Origin: Albugo candida
Taxonomy: Eukaryota
Length of the DNA: 64,000 nucleotides
Assembly (NCBI GenBank): GCA_040437565.1
Contig: JBDOQK010000004.1
Coordinates: 248,001-312,000 of the forward strand
Direction of reading: 5' to 3'
Under the pieces are notes generated by a model that did not search any database, was not told where the DNA came from, and saw only the letters and a list, made by a program, of their open reading frames with translations. Of the stretch, positions 37,231 to 49,409 are shown piece after piece. The number at the start of each line of letters is the position of its first letter. The first letter of the stretch is position 1. The position numbers were made by a program, and so were the translations under genes.

Positions 37231-37313
37231 GACTGCTTTCATTCTCAATCTCAGATTAACTTACGATAAACACCCGACAAACGACAAGAAACTCCCGACT
37301 AAGACCCACCAGC

Positions 37314-37831
37314 ATGCGCCACGTCGATGGTGGCAATGTTCCAATTCAGGAGCAGCCACATCAGGCAAAAGCTCAGCAACCTCAGCAGCCTCAGAGACCA
37401 TCAGCATCGAGCTTCAAAGACTACGCGAAGGGAGCGAGTCGCTCAAGAGAAAGATTGGTCATCTCAAGGATTCAAAGGCTCAATCAGATTCAACATTAAC
37501 GCACCAAAATGAGGTGGTATTCGAGCTCACACAAATGATTCAAATTATGACAATGCGACTTCAACAGCAAGAAACTGGGGCAGATGTACAAAATGATTCC
37601 ATTGAGAAGCTTTCCTTGCTTCTAAAAACGACTGGATCAGAACTAGGGGAATCGAACAATTAACCTGTAAAAATAGAGACTGAACTTCAATATGCAGTAC
37701 GACTACTTGGTAAATACCGACAACAACTCAAGCAAGTCGCAGCCGACATTACTATCGCTAGAAAGCGTCCTGATGCCGAAATTGATGTTGACATTTCACT
37801 AAATCTTATAAAAAGCGCAATAAAGCACTAA
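37314..37831 (+). pseudogene. Coiled-coil coding-like remnant of unknown origin
   Basis: Heptad-like ETISIELQRLREGSESLKRKIGHLKDS..LTQMIQIMTMRLQQQE. The frame continues 55 codons beyond a single stop at 37661. A Q/P-rich N-terminus lies in an adjacent frame from the ATG at 37314. Confidence 0.35.
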
Positions 37832-40800
37832 GACTCGAAAATGATGGATTACATCACAAGTGGATGGATCACGCGCAACAATTGAACACCTGCGGCGTCA
37901 GATACAGAAATTTATGTTCTACAAAATCAATCAATGTAGCAACAGCTACTTTTCATTTTAAATAAATACTCCCTTTTTCTGATTTGATTGCGGATAAAGA
38001 TTTCGTCGTGGTTTAATGTTCTCCCTGATGATAGACAGTCGACGCCGGTTAATACCGGTAAGAAGAGTGCAGCAACTCCAATCCTAGTATTACCTAGTAC
38101 TGGCTGACAAACTGTGTTCAGCGTAGTGTGGCGAACATGAATGTGAAGAACACTGTACTTTTTTATTAATGACGCACGGGGTGGGGAATACTAAAATAGC
38201 TAGAAAACTTACTTTCTACCATGCTTACAAGCAAAAGCTGGTCGAGTCTCATATTGTGGTGGGCTGAAACAGCCACAATAGAGGACTACAACAAAGGTTT
38301 ATCCATAATAGAGAATCTTTCTGTTGGCAGGCGAGCGAAGATGCGGTGGTCCAGGAAAATTGCCAAAAGTGAGGTTTTATTTTTTAGAAAATTAAAATCC
38401 TATCCAATCGTTTAAACTAAGTTCCAAGTGCGACTAGAAACCTAAAACACATTGTCAAGTTCTTTCAACACTTTCCGGAGGCGTTCTCGGTATGCATCTT
38501 TACCATTATGTGAGACAGGTTCCTATCATACCCTTGCCTTGTTACAAGAATTCATTTACCGCTAATCAATGCACAATCTTATAAATCACTCTCCTTCTAT
38601 ATTTGGAGAGATTGACTTTTGCGCAAACTGACTAGGACACATTCCGAATACGCATCGATTGACATCCTGAGTTTCCAAACATTGTATTGAGCCATGATAA
38701 CGAGTGCTTCCTGTAAAGCAAATCCTTCCAGCAGGCATATAAAGAGATCTCGCCTGCTGTGCTCAAGAAAGCCTGATTTTTATGTCATTCGATTACAGAT
38801 GTGATGCACACAACTCATTCGAAATATATCAGAACTACCGCGCAAAAATGAAAACAAATATTGCGGCATTTGTGTAATATGACACTTTCATTACCCTGTG
38901 AGACCAGTACATATATACTCACCTTGTTTGCATGCCAGTTTGCTATATTGATGTAGCATGCAGCAGGATATGATGCATATTTGTGTAGATTTGGCACTGG
39001 GGAAAATGCTCTTGTCTTGAATTTATCAGATGCATTGTCAACTAAAAAATCGTTCACCACATTGCATCGGCAAGATTTTTGACGTGAATGAACAAGCAGA
39101 GCTTTCGAAGCCAAAATTAATCTCTCGCAGCATACTACCACCAATAGAAGAAACTTCTTACCTCTCGACGAAGTAGCGTAGTAAAATTGAAAATAATCGA
39201 CGAATCTCTAGAATGCCACTGTGGTCTATTCAATACCGGTAGCAACGAAAAGGACCGGAGAAGTTCATCAAACTGATCATTAGAGGCAGAAAAAGTTTAA
39301 TATGTCTGGGCATCATAAAATACTATTTAACCCACAGAGGAATGTGCAGCTGGATGTTTATTATTAGCAAACTGATACCTCTTGTACAAATCGATTATTA
39401 ATACCAGAACCATATATCGCGAACGCTGCAAAATGTTTTGGTCAGCATCAGCAATGCCTACCGTCAGAGGATATATACCTCAATTTTTGTTTGGGTCAAT
39501 TTGTTGTAGGATAACTTGCAGCTGGTCACTTTCATTCTCCTTGAGCCGCATATTTATTCCTTCTGACCAACCTCATATGGTATACGATAAAATGTAAGCT
39601 GGAATAGATGGAACATCTTTGCTAATTGACCATCAACTACCATCGCCCAGGTACCACATCTGTAATGACAGCACGCCGAACAGCACGCTATTGATACCCG
39701 CCACCTTGCGCTGCGTAGGTGGGGACACGTCCCGTTTGGGACCCTAGTAAAATAATGATACGACAAAGCCTCATCCGACCAATTAGCTCAACTTTACCGA
39801 ATGAACGAGCAGGGAGGTTAATGCATGATTCGAAATTAAATTCAGACGATCGGAAAGATGCTTGCTGAAGACCAAGCGACACGTCAAAGCAGCTGAATCG
39901 TCGAATTCAACGAGTGTTGAAAGTACCAAACATGGAGTCGGGTAGCTCGAGTCCGAAGTGCTATCGCAGATGCGAGTATTCATGTTCTCTCTTCTCCATT
40001 GTCCAGTTCAGTCTATAAATCGGAACAAAAAGAGGCCGATTCCGAAAAGTCTAGGCTGTATTGGAGTTGAAAGACGTTTACTTTTAGTTTGAAGAGCAAG
40101 TGAGCTGAGNNNNNNNNNNNNNNNNNNNNNNNNNNNNNNNNNNNNNNNNNNNNNNNNNNNNNNNNNNNNNNNNNNNNNNNNNNNNNNNNNNNNNNNNNNN
40201 NNNNNNNNNAGGTGGGGACACGTCCCGTTTGGGACCCTAGTAAAATAATGATACGACAAAGCCTCATCCGACCAATTAGCTCAACTTTACCGAATGAACG
40301 AGCAGGGAGGTTAATGCATGATTCGAAATTAAATTCAGACGATCGGAAAGATGCTTGCTGAAGACCAAGCGACACGTCAAAGCAGCTGAATCGTCGAATT
40401 CAACGAGTGTTGAAAGTACCAAACATGGAGTCGGGTAGCTCGAGTCCGAAGTGCTATCGCAGATGCGAGTATTCATGTTCTCTCTTCTCCATTGTCCAGT
40501 TCAGTCTATAAATCGGAACAAAAAGAGGCCGATTCCGAAAAGTCTAGGCTGTATTGGAGTTGAAAGACGTTTACTTTTAGTTTGAAGAGCAAGTGAGCTG
40601 AGGGCCACTCAGTAGGGCTCCGGTATCGCCAAGTATTGAGTAAATTGTGAAATAATTGAAGCCTGAGCACAGCCAGCCACTTTTGTTAGAAACCTGAGAA
40701 TAGCATCAAGAACTGAGAAATAGGCCTTCGAAATCAAATCATCGAAGTACAAGCAACCCATATGAACAAAACGATACACTATCAAAAATAGCATACGTTC

Positions 40801-41414
40801 TTTGAGGTCCGTAGGAAGTGACAGTAGCTGAATTATTTCAATCATTTAAAGATCAGATTGTTTTTATGATCATTTATTTTGCTCGCACAAATGCATCGTC
40901 CTACTACTCCGCGGTTGACGAGATCTCTGTCAGCTATTGCAGATGAATTTCTTCAGAATCCCCGTGCATGCAACAAGTTACCTTTCTAACCACCAGGAGT
41001 CACGAGTGAGAGCAGATTACGGAAGAAAAAGTACAAGAGTCTTTAGGGGCTACCACATGTTCTACAGCCCTGACATATTAGATCAAGATGATTTTTTCTG
41101 TTTTTTCGCTAAATCCTTGCGATCAAAAGCAAGGCTTGCTGTAGGTTATTCAAGACTTGAGAAGAATTTCAATTGCAAACAGCCTTTATTAATGTTGATT
41201 CATGAACGAGATATTAAACTGGAGTTTTATTATTCGCTGATGGCGCACGAGAGTCAACGTATCAGATTGAATTTTCCAAGAACGAAATGTATGTCATCAA
41301 GGCAATATACTGCTCTTTGTTAACCGACAACAAGTATTCAATACGGTGCACGATTCTCCAAGAGCACGACATTTTCCGTGCAAAATAGAGGATTTAACTC
41401 CAAGATGCTCGTTT

Positions 41415-41573
41415 TGTAGCGGATTGCAACTTGCGTAGACGGTGGTCTTCGAACTATCTGGAAGGAGCAATAATTTCATGAGGGGATTTATACATTCATT
41501 TTTAACATTGTTTTTAACTCTTGATATAACTTTCCATTATTCAGCACTGAGAAGTAGTTGTGCTTTCGTTATA
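41415..41573 (+). repeat. Copia 5' LTR (159 bp)
   Basis: TGTAGCG...CGTTATA. Differs from the 3' LTR by 11 substitutions and one 3-bp indel (my count). Confidence 0.95.
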
Positions 41574-41577
41574 GATT

Positions 41578-44500
41578 ATGAGACCAAACACATTAGCTCC
41601 CAATGACATCCTGACGGATGACAACTATTTCATGTGGGAATTTAATGCACGCATGAACCTCGCGCGCAAAGACCTGTTAAATCACGATATGATCAAGCCA
41701 GAGCCTGCAGTGCTGCAGGAGCATCCCGAATGGAAAGTTGCCGACATGAAGGCTTTGGCTGTGCTGGTGAACCTGCTCTCTCCAACCTAACAGTGTATGG
41801 TTTGGGAATGGGAGTCGGCAATTGAGGCCTGTCAGGTTCTGAAGACGTTCTTTGCGAAGAAAAAACTTCACAACCGAGTGCAACTTCAAAAGCAATTACA
41901 TGAATTCGTGATGCATACTGATGCCGGTCTTATGAATCATCTACTAAAGCTTGATGAGCTGTGTCTAAAGCTTAGGGCTGCCGGTGACAACATGGATGAT
42001 GATGAAAAGCTGGTTTTACTTTTGGGAAGTATATCATCCGAATATGATGATATGGTACGCATTATTGAGGCACACAGCAACGTGACACTGTTGGACGCAA
42101 AAGAGATGCTCCGCCGGGAATATGACACTCTTCAGAGGAGCAACAAGAAGGAAACCGCTTTCAAGGCACAGTTTCAGCTTAATGAACCTTGACACTTTCA
42201 AGGAAATAGAGGACACCGTGGACAAGAAGAATGTAGAGCTCGCCACCAATATCTAGAAGAGGACAGTCTAATGTTAGTTTTCAAGGCAAGTGTATTAAAT
42301 GTGGGTGCCACGGTCACAAAAGATCGCAGTGTCGCAACGTGAACCATCGGGACCTGGTAATGAATTTGTATTTTCGGCATCCAGTGACGAAACAATTTCG
42401 AGTTCGACTTGGTTGCTGGATAGTGGGGCGAGTCTTCACATGACTGATGACAAGCGTGTATTCGTGGACATGGAGATTTAACTACCCCAACTTGCATCAC
42501 TGTGGTGAATGGACAGCAGTTAAAGGCACACGGAACAGGCGCAGTACGATTTATACATCAACTTGTGTCTATACCAGCGTTGACATCCCGAGGTGTGCTG
42601 ATTCAGTTTAAGCGCGATGAAGCAGTACTGGTGAGTAAAGAAGTGATTGTAGCAGTAATTAAACGAGTAGGAAAGCTGTTTGCGTGGAATGTGAAACAAC
42701 ATGTCACATTGGAGGCACACCAGGCTGAGAGAGAGTAACAATAAATGAAACTGGTGGACGTTGGCACGCTCGCCTAGGTTATGTGTCTAAAAACAAGATC
42801 CTGCAAGTGATAAAGTCTTGCGATGGTGTTTCAGGTGTCGTTGCGTCTGATGGCGGTGTATGTGATGGATGTGCACGTATAAAAATGACGAACAGTCCGT
42901 TCAGTCATACTTCATGCAGTGAAATTAAAAACAAGTCGACCACTTGAAATCGTACACACTGATTTTATGGGACCTATGAGTCCGAAGTCGAAGGGTGGGT
43001 CTCTATACGTACTCACATTTATTGATGATTACAGCTGACTTGTCAACGTATACTTGCTAGGAGCAAAGTCCTAAGTTTTGGAGCGATTCAAGACGTTTCG
43101 TGTTATGGTGGGAGACGCAAACGGATTGCAAGATCAAGTGCATCCGAAGCGACAATGGTGGGGAGTTTACAAATCATCGTTTCAACAAGTACTGTGCATA
43201 TCAAGGTATTCTCCACAATACAAGCGAGCCATACAATCCGCAACAAAATGGGTCAGCAGAGAGGATGAATCGACCCCTTGTCGAGATGGCCCGCTCGATG
43301 ATGTACCACATGGAAATGGATCGTATCTGGTGGGTGAAGCGATTATGACGTCTGTCTACACCATCAATCGAATTCCGAATACTGCGAGCTCTAATACTAA
43401 TCCGTGTGAAACGCTGTATGGTTCCAAGCCAGACCTAAGTTATTTTCGTGTATTTGGTTGTACTGGATATCTACGAGTCGAGGATTGCAAGCGAACTAAA
43501 TGGGACAGCAAAGCAAACAAATGTATTTTTCTTGGGTATTCGGACACATCTAAAGGATACCGAGTATGGGATCTGGTGAGAGAACAATTGGTAATCACTA
43601 GATCTGTTACGTTAGACGAGCGACCTCCAGTTCGGTATAAAGATGTTGTTCTTTCAAGTGAGTCTTTTGCTCAATTCCAACACTTTCATGATGAAAACGA
43701 CGAAGTGAACGTGGGCGTATCCGCTTCGAACAATCGTAGAGATGCTGAGGAATGGACGTCGATGCCACCGCTGACATGGATACGAGCTGGCAAGACATGG
43801 TTGTGGATGCGTCTGGAAATCTCAATCAGTCCCACACCTTTAAATGGTTCCGATTGAGGGGGAGGCGCACAGATATACAACCAATCAACACAACCGATTA
43901 AATCACAGATCGTACACCAAGCAAAAATGTCGTTAGAAGTGGCAATGATGTTACACACATGCTTCCAGGAATACCTGCTCCGTCACGAGCTATTGTACAT
44001 TGTATGGATTTCCGCCCTCCAGATACCCGACTTCAATTATACTTGGGGTCGAACAAAAGGCCTTACCGTTCTTCTATATCATCTCATCTACTCACTAATG
44101 ATGGCTTCGACAATGATACCACTCCTGACTGATGGATCGCCAGTGTATAGCGAATAAGTCGAGCCGGAACCCAAAGGTCAATCTGTTGACGGTTACGAAA
44201 TTTCGCTTTCTACCACTGATGTACCGATGAATTTTCGAGAAGCGTTGCAGTCAACGAACGCAGAACAATGGAAAGAAGCTATTCAAGCAGAACTTAAAGC
44301 TCATCGTGAGAACCACACATGGGATGTTTTCTACCGTCCTTCCGGTGTCAAGGTCATAAGTCACAAATGGGTATTTGGGCATAAGTACGATGAAAACGGT
44401 GATATCGTTCATTACAGAGCATGTTTGGTTTCCCTTGGATATTTGCAAACGCATGGCTTTGATTACTTCGACACATATTCACCTGTTGCATGCTAAAATA

Positions 44501-45782
44501 CGATTCGTGTGTTTTTGTCGGTTTGTTGCAGCATGCAATAGGTAATCCGACAATTTGACGTGGAAACGGCATTCCTAAATGGTGGCTTGGAAGAATAAGT
44601 TTTCATGGAGCCACCTTTTGGAGCTGAGATTGGACTTGGAATGGTGTGCAAATTACGGCACAGCTTCTATGGGTTGAAGCAAGCGGCTGCGGTCTGGCAT
44701 AAGAAAATATGCTCCGTGTTGTCTACTATGGGATTTGAACAATGTCGAGCGGACACATGTATTTTTGTTCGATGCAATCATGCAAGCACCAAATCACTCA
44801 CACACATAGTCTTGTATGTGGACGACCTCCCAGTTGGAAGCAAGTCAGATGCTGAGGCAGACACGATCTACAAGGAATTAAGTTCATTTTACTCTTTAGT
44901 CAATTAGAGCTGCGCGATTTATTTTGGGAATGGAAGTGAATTATTGACGAGAAAAAAGGGGAGTTGGTGTTAAAACAGCCCCAATTTATTGCGAAGTTGG
45001 TCTCGAAGTTTGAGCAAAGTGGGGCCTATGCAGTTCGCAATCTTATCTGAACAGGCCAGGACTTGACTCCCGAGGAGTCATACCCAATGCTTCAAGAAAG
45101 TACTGCGTACCGCAAATTGGTCGGTTCGCTGCTGTATATTGCGAACGCAACGCGACCAGATATTAGCTATGCGATGTTAGTATTGTCGCAGTACTTGGAC
45201 CAGCCACGACAGATGCACTGGCGTGCGGCCTTACGCGTTTTACACTATCTTATGGGAACACAATCGCACGGAATCACGTACAAGAAATCGGACGACAACA
45301 AGATTATGCTTCGGGCATACTGTGACGCGAATTGGGGAAATGACGAGAAGACTCGTCAATCTACATCTGGTGTATTGATTTTGCTCGGTGGCGCGGTTGT
45401 CGTGTACAAAAGCAAACGCCAAACTTCGGTAGCTTTTTCATCTGCTGAAGCAGAATATATGGCACTGGAACTTGCTACACAGGGAGTTATATGGATTCGT
45501 TACTTGCTCAAAGAGATGGGTGTCACGTGCAAGACCACGACAATAGTGCACATGGACAAATAGTCGGCAATGAGTATTGCGACGAATCAACGCTATACAC
45601 CAAGAACTAAACACATTGACATCAGGATGCTTTTTGTTCGGGACCACGTTGAACAAGGCGAGATTCAGCTCAAGCATTTCCCGTCAGCTGTGCAGCTTGC
45701 TGATTACTTGACGAAGCCACTTGGTGCACCGCAATTACTGCAACTACGAAATGAAATTGGAATTTGCGAGAGTGCAACTTGA
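41578..45782 (+). pseudogene. Copia gag-pol polyprotein (multiple stops and frameshifts)
   Basis: LTDDNYFMW (gag); WLLDSGASLHMT (protease); WHARLG..C..C; IRSDNGGEF..PQQNGSAERMNR (integrase); KWVF, FYGLKQA, LYVDD (RT); YCDANWG, SSAEAEY, TKHIDIR, QLADYLTK (RNase H). Confidence 0.95.
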
Positions 45783-45789
45783 AGGGGAG

Positions 45790-45945
45790 TGTAGCGGATT
45801 GCAACTTGCATAGAGAGTGGTCTTCGAACTATCTGGAAGGAGCGATCAGTTTATGAGGGAATTTATACATTCATTCTTAGCATTGTTTTTAACTCTTGAT
45901 ATAACTTTCCATTTTTCAGCACTGAGAAGTTGTGCTTTCGTTATA
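45790..45945 (+). repeat. Copia 3' LTR (156 bp)
   Basis: Follows the PPT at 45781-45789 and matches the 5' LTR. Confidence 0.95.
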
Positions 45946-46291
45946 CGTTTTTCATCAAGTACTAACGCAATGACTCATTTGCATCATGCAGGATGATCAA
46001 CTTGCGTATTTCGTACAAAAAGCTCAAGTGTAAACAGTATCATGATGAATCAGCACTATTTGCTTCCGTTCATAAATCTTCAGTGTACTCCAATGCAATT
46101 GCAAAAATGTTCCAAATATTCCTCGGTTATTCATTTTCAATGCAAAACTTGTGGTTGGGCGAAACAGCAAACACCTTACCTATACAGCCTGACGTCGCTT
46201 TTCCGCCATGGCTTGCCTTGTTTTGTGTTTGCTACTTATTTGTAGAGACTTGTGATAGGAAGCCTTTAGTATTCACTTACCCTATTGATGG

Positions 46292-48271
46292 CAGTGATGG
46301 TGACTTGTCTATATAGACTTGTAGACTCTTGTCAAGTAGACATTTCTGCCATTGTCAGCATCGACCACAGCCACCACTCTCCTTGTAGACATGATGCTGA
46401 CACCCGTACATATGTATGGGATCTCAGTTTCCATACAAAACACGGACTAAGCACCAGTCCTACACAACACAACAACCATCAAATTAGACAACAACAAAAA
46501 CAATATATCATCGTAATCATCATCGATCAACAAGCAACAATCATCTATCATCTATCATCTATCATCATCGAGCAACATCACCACCATGGCTCCGCCAAGG
46601 CACCGCTACAGCAAATATGTGATATTTACGGGGCAGAAATCGAATATGAAAAAGGAGTTGGTTGTCTGCAAATTGTGTAGTGAGGGTATTTCATACGAGT
46701 GGGCACTCGAGAACTCCAGAATAGTCAACAAGAAGAAGTTGGTCAAGAAACACCTGAGGAAGTACGAGTGTTATCAGCAGCTGATCGTTAGAGAGAGACT
46801 AAATCCCTCAACTAATGATGAGGAAGAAGAAAAAGAAGTAGGAGGTGCGGTTACAATAAGGAAACGGAGCTCAAGGTGTTGTATTTGTGACAGAACACCA
46901 CGACGGCGATGATAATCAACAGCAGCCGGCGACAAAAAAATCTAGTTGCTGCGGTGATCATCAAGAATGATGGTAGGAATAGTTGCAGCAGTAGCAGTAG
47001 TCGTGGCACAATGGATGGGTATGGCCTGAAACTCAGTACAAGGATCAGGTCAAAGCTAGAAAGAAGCTTGATTATGGCCACTATTAGCAACGGATGGTCG
47101 TTCAACTGGGTAGAGCGCGCAGAAAGTGTTGCAACTTATCAAGTGCTTCATCCTGGAGTGGATTTGCCATCAAGAAAAGCTCTCGCTGGTCCATTTGAAG
47201 AAAGTTCTGCTTGATGAGGAAGGCAAGATGTTTGCTTCCTTAACGGATGCAGGGGAACTGACATTGATCTATGACTCTTGGACGAGCGTGAGGAAAAAAA
47301 ACATCTTGGGTATTATCCTGTCTACCTCAAGTGGAGAGATCTTTTGTTTGGGACATCATGTACATCAGTACAGAACGATCCCGTTCAGATGAAGAGCTCA
47401 CGCCTTTTGTACTCAACTATCTTGAAGATTTGAAGTCAAGACATGACCTGCACGTTGTTGGACTGAACACAGACTCATGTGGGAGCTATGCTAGTACAAG
47501 AAGGATAGTTCAAGCCCAAATGCGCGACCTAACATACCTACCATGCTTTGCACAACAAACCAATCTTATACTGGGAGATATTTTCAAGTCAGTCCCTGGT
47601 TACAAGGAGACGTCTAAGAAAGCAATCAAAGTCGTGGCAATTTCCAATGCAAGCACTAACACTTGGGACACCTAAAGAAGCACCAAAGAGACTTCAAAGC
47701 CCCGGAACTGGCCCTGATCAAACCATGCGATACTCGTTGGCAATCATATAGGCGCATGACTAGTGCTTTGCTGAGAAGCAAAGCACCATTAAAGGTAAAA
47801 TTTTGGGGGCGTTCACAAAACTGCCATATCATCAACATGTTTCTCATCCTGAGTTCCAATCCCTTAGGCTTATGCTAATGCTAACGACCATACTTCTGAA
47901 GACGACATCATCAAACTGCCTGAAGATATCTATGACATTATAGAGAACGATCGACCATTCTGGCAGCTGCTCGACGAGTTGAATGTCNNNNNNNNNNNNN
48001 NNNNNNNNNNNNNNNNNNNNNNNNNNNNNNNNNNNNNNNNNNNNNNNNNNNNNNNNNNNNNNNNNNNNNNNNNNNNNNNNNNNNNNNCATCATCATCAGC
48101 AGCAGCCATTTTATACTAATTAGTATGAGGAATGCAGCTCTCCATACATTCTGCAGTGAAAGCTGTTGTAGACGAGGATGTAGACTTATAGACAAAGTTG
48201 ATAGATGTTGACTGGAAGTAGACAGGACACATCTACAACTCAGCTTGTAGACATGCCAGAATCCATCATTG
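46292..48271 (+). mobile_element. hAT-superfamily DNA transposon (decayed, contains a gap)
   Basis: TIRs CAGTGATGG / CCATCATTG, imperfect 8-bp TSD ATTGATGG / CTTGATAG, subterminal TGTAGAC repeats at both ends, internal transposase. Confidence 0.75.
46586..47987 (+). pseudogene. hAT transposase (BED-like zinc finger plus DUF659-type/RNase H-like core)
   Basis: VVCKLC..KKHLRKYEC; LPSRKAL; LIYDSWTS; GLNTDSCG; LPCFAQQTNLILGD; PCDTRWQS. Confidence 0.88.
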
Positions 48272-48814
48272 CTTGATAGTATTCACTCACACCCTGGTTC
48301 ATTGGCTAAAATTCACACTAATCGACATCAGACGGAAATCAACATACACTCACTTGCAACAACTACTGCCACTCAACTCACTACCACTCAATTCACTCAG
48401 TTGAAAGAAAGCTTCAGATATTCAGCTTTCTAGATCAATCAGCCAATCTCTTATAATCGCGAATACTCACAAAGAAAAAGTTAAGGTTGCTATTTTTTAA
48501 TATTAAAAACATTTTTTTTTTATTATTTTTAGAATGTTGTGTCTATAATTGCAAAATGTTTACGTCTTAAACAAAAGCCAGGTCTGGTAATATACATTTT
48601 CAAGCAAGTTTTATGGTGTATGTGCTGAGTCTATATGGTTAACAAGTTGAATTCAATTCTATAGTGTGTTTGTGCCGAGGTGAAGTTGAAGGTGAGTCAT
48701 CGCGTGTGATGAGTGATGGATTTAAGCCAGTGAATTAGTGATGACAGATGCATTTTAGCCAATAAAGCAAGCGGGTGAATGAATACTATCAAGTGAATAC
48801 TAAAGACGCCCTTA
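48272..48814. mobile_element. MITE-like non-autonomous element; its outermost left terminus lies at 46256-46291
   Basis: About 45-bp imperfect inverted repeat, 48272-48315 vs 48749-48793. The right terminus AAGTGAATACTAAAG (48791-48805) is the reverse complement of CTTTAGTATTCACTT (46264-46278). AT-rich non-coding core. Confidence 0.7.
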
Positions 48815-49409
48815 TTTTTAATTTAGATTACGTCATGCCTACTTGAATTATTACTTCCACAACTTTTTTGAAAGTAAATAAGTTTACATTCATAACTACT
48901 AGAAGTCATTTACGTCTAAGGCTAAATTCAGTAGATACAGATACCTTCAACTGAGCTAAACACCAATCACTACTAGACAATTCATTGCCATTTTGTTAAG
49001 CTATAATGCTTCGTAAAGATGCAAAAGTTATTATATACTAACGGCCGAAAATAAAATTTGTTGTGGAAAAGTTCTGCGAAGGAATAATATCTAATTTCTT
49101 ACTAACGCTTGTCCTGAAACTAAGCTTGTAACCGGAATTCTGCAAGACCGCTTATTATGGCCGCTTTTCCGCTATTGCTGCACCTGCATTTCCCTGTGTC
49201 CGATGCTCAGATGCTAAGAGTCAAATGGAAATCGTCACATAAACAGCCTATCACACAGTTGGAACGTTCTGTGTATTAGCCAATCATAAATAATTCTCGA
49301 TTGAAGTTGTTGGAGCACCAATATAGGGTGTGTATGAATGTAATTAGTTAGCAGTGTAAAAACATTTATGTATTTGCAAAAAAGAAAAAGCTGTGAGAGT
49401 AATAATTTA

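Larger units (their letters stand above)
41415..45945 (+). mobile_element. Full-length decayed Ty1/Copia LTR retrotransposon
   Basis: Paired LTRs, 5-bp TSD CGTTT (41410-41414 and 45946-45950), PBS-like GATTATGAGACCA, PPT GAAGGGGAG, and domain order gag-PR-IN-RT-RH. Confidence 0.96.

Noticed and set aside
36950-37313. N-terminal half of the 237-aa ORF
   Set aside because: It lies in dispersed repeat A, whose other copy has no equivalent ORF, and starts at GTG. Only the coiled-coil part looks coding.
41415-45945. RIP-like hypermutation of TEs
   Set aside because: The LTR pair shows 7 transitions in both directions and 4 transversions, plus many indels elsewhere. This fits ordinary neutral decay.
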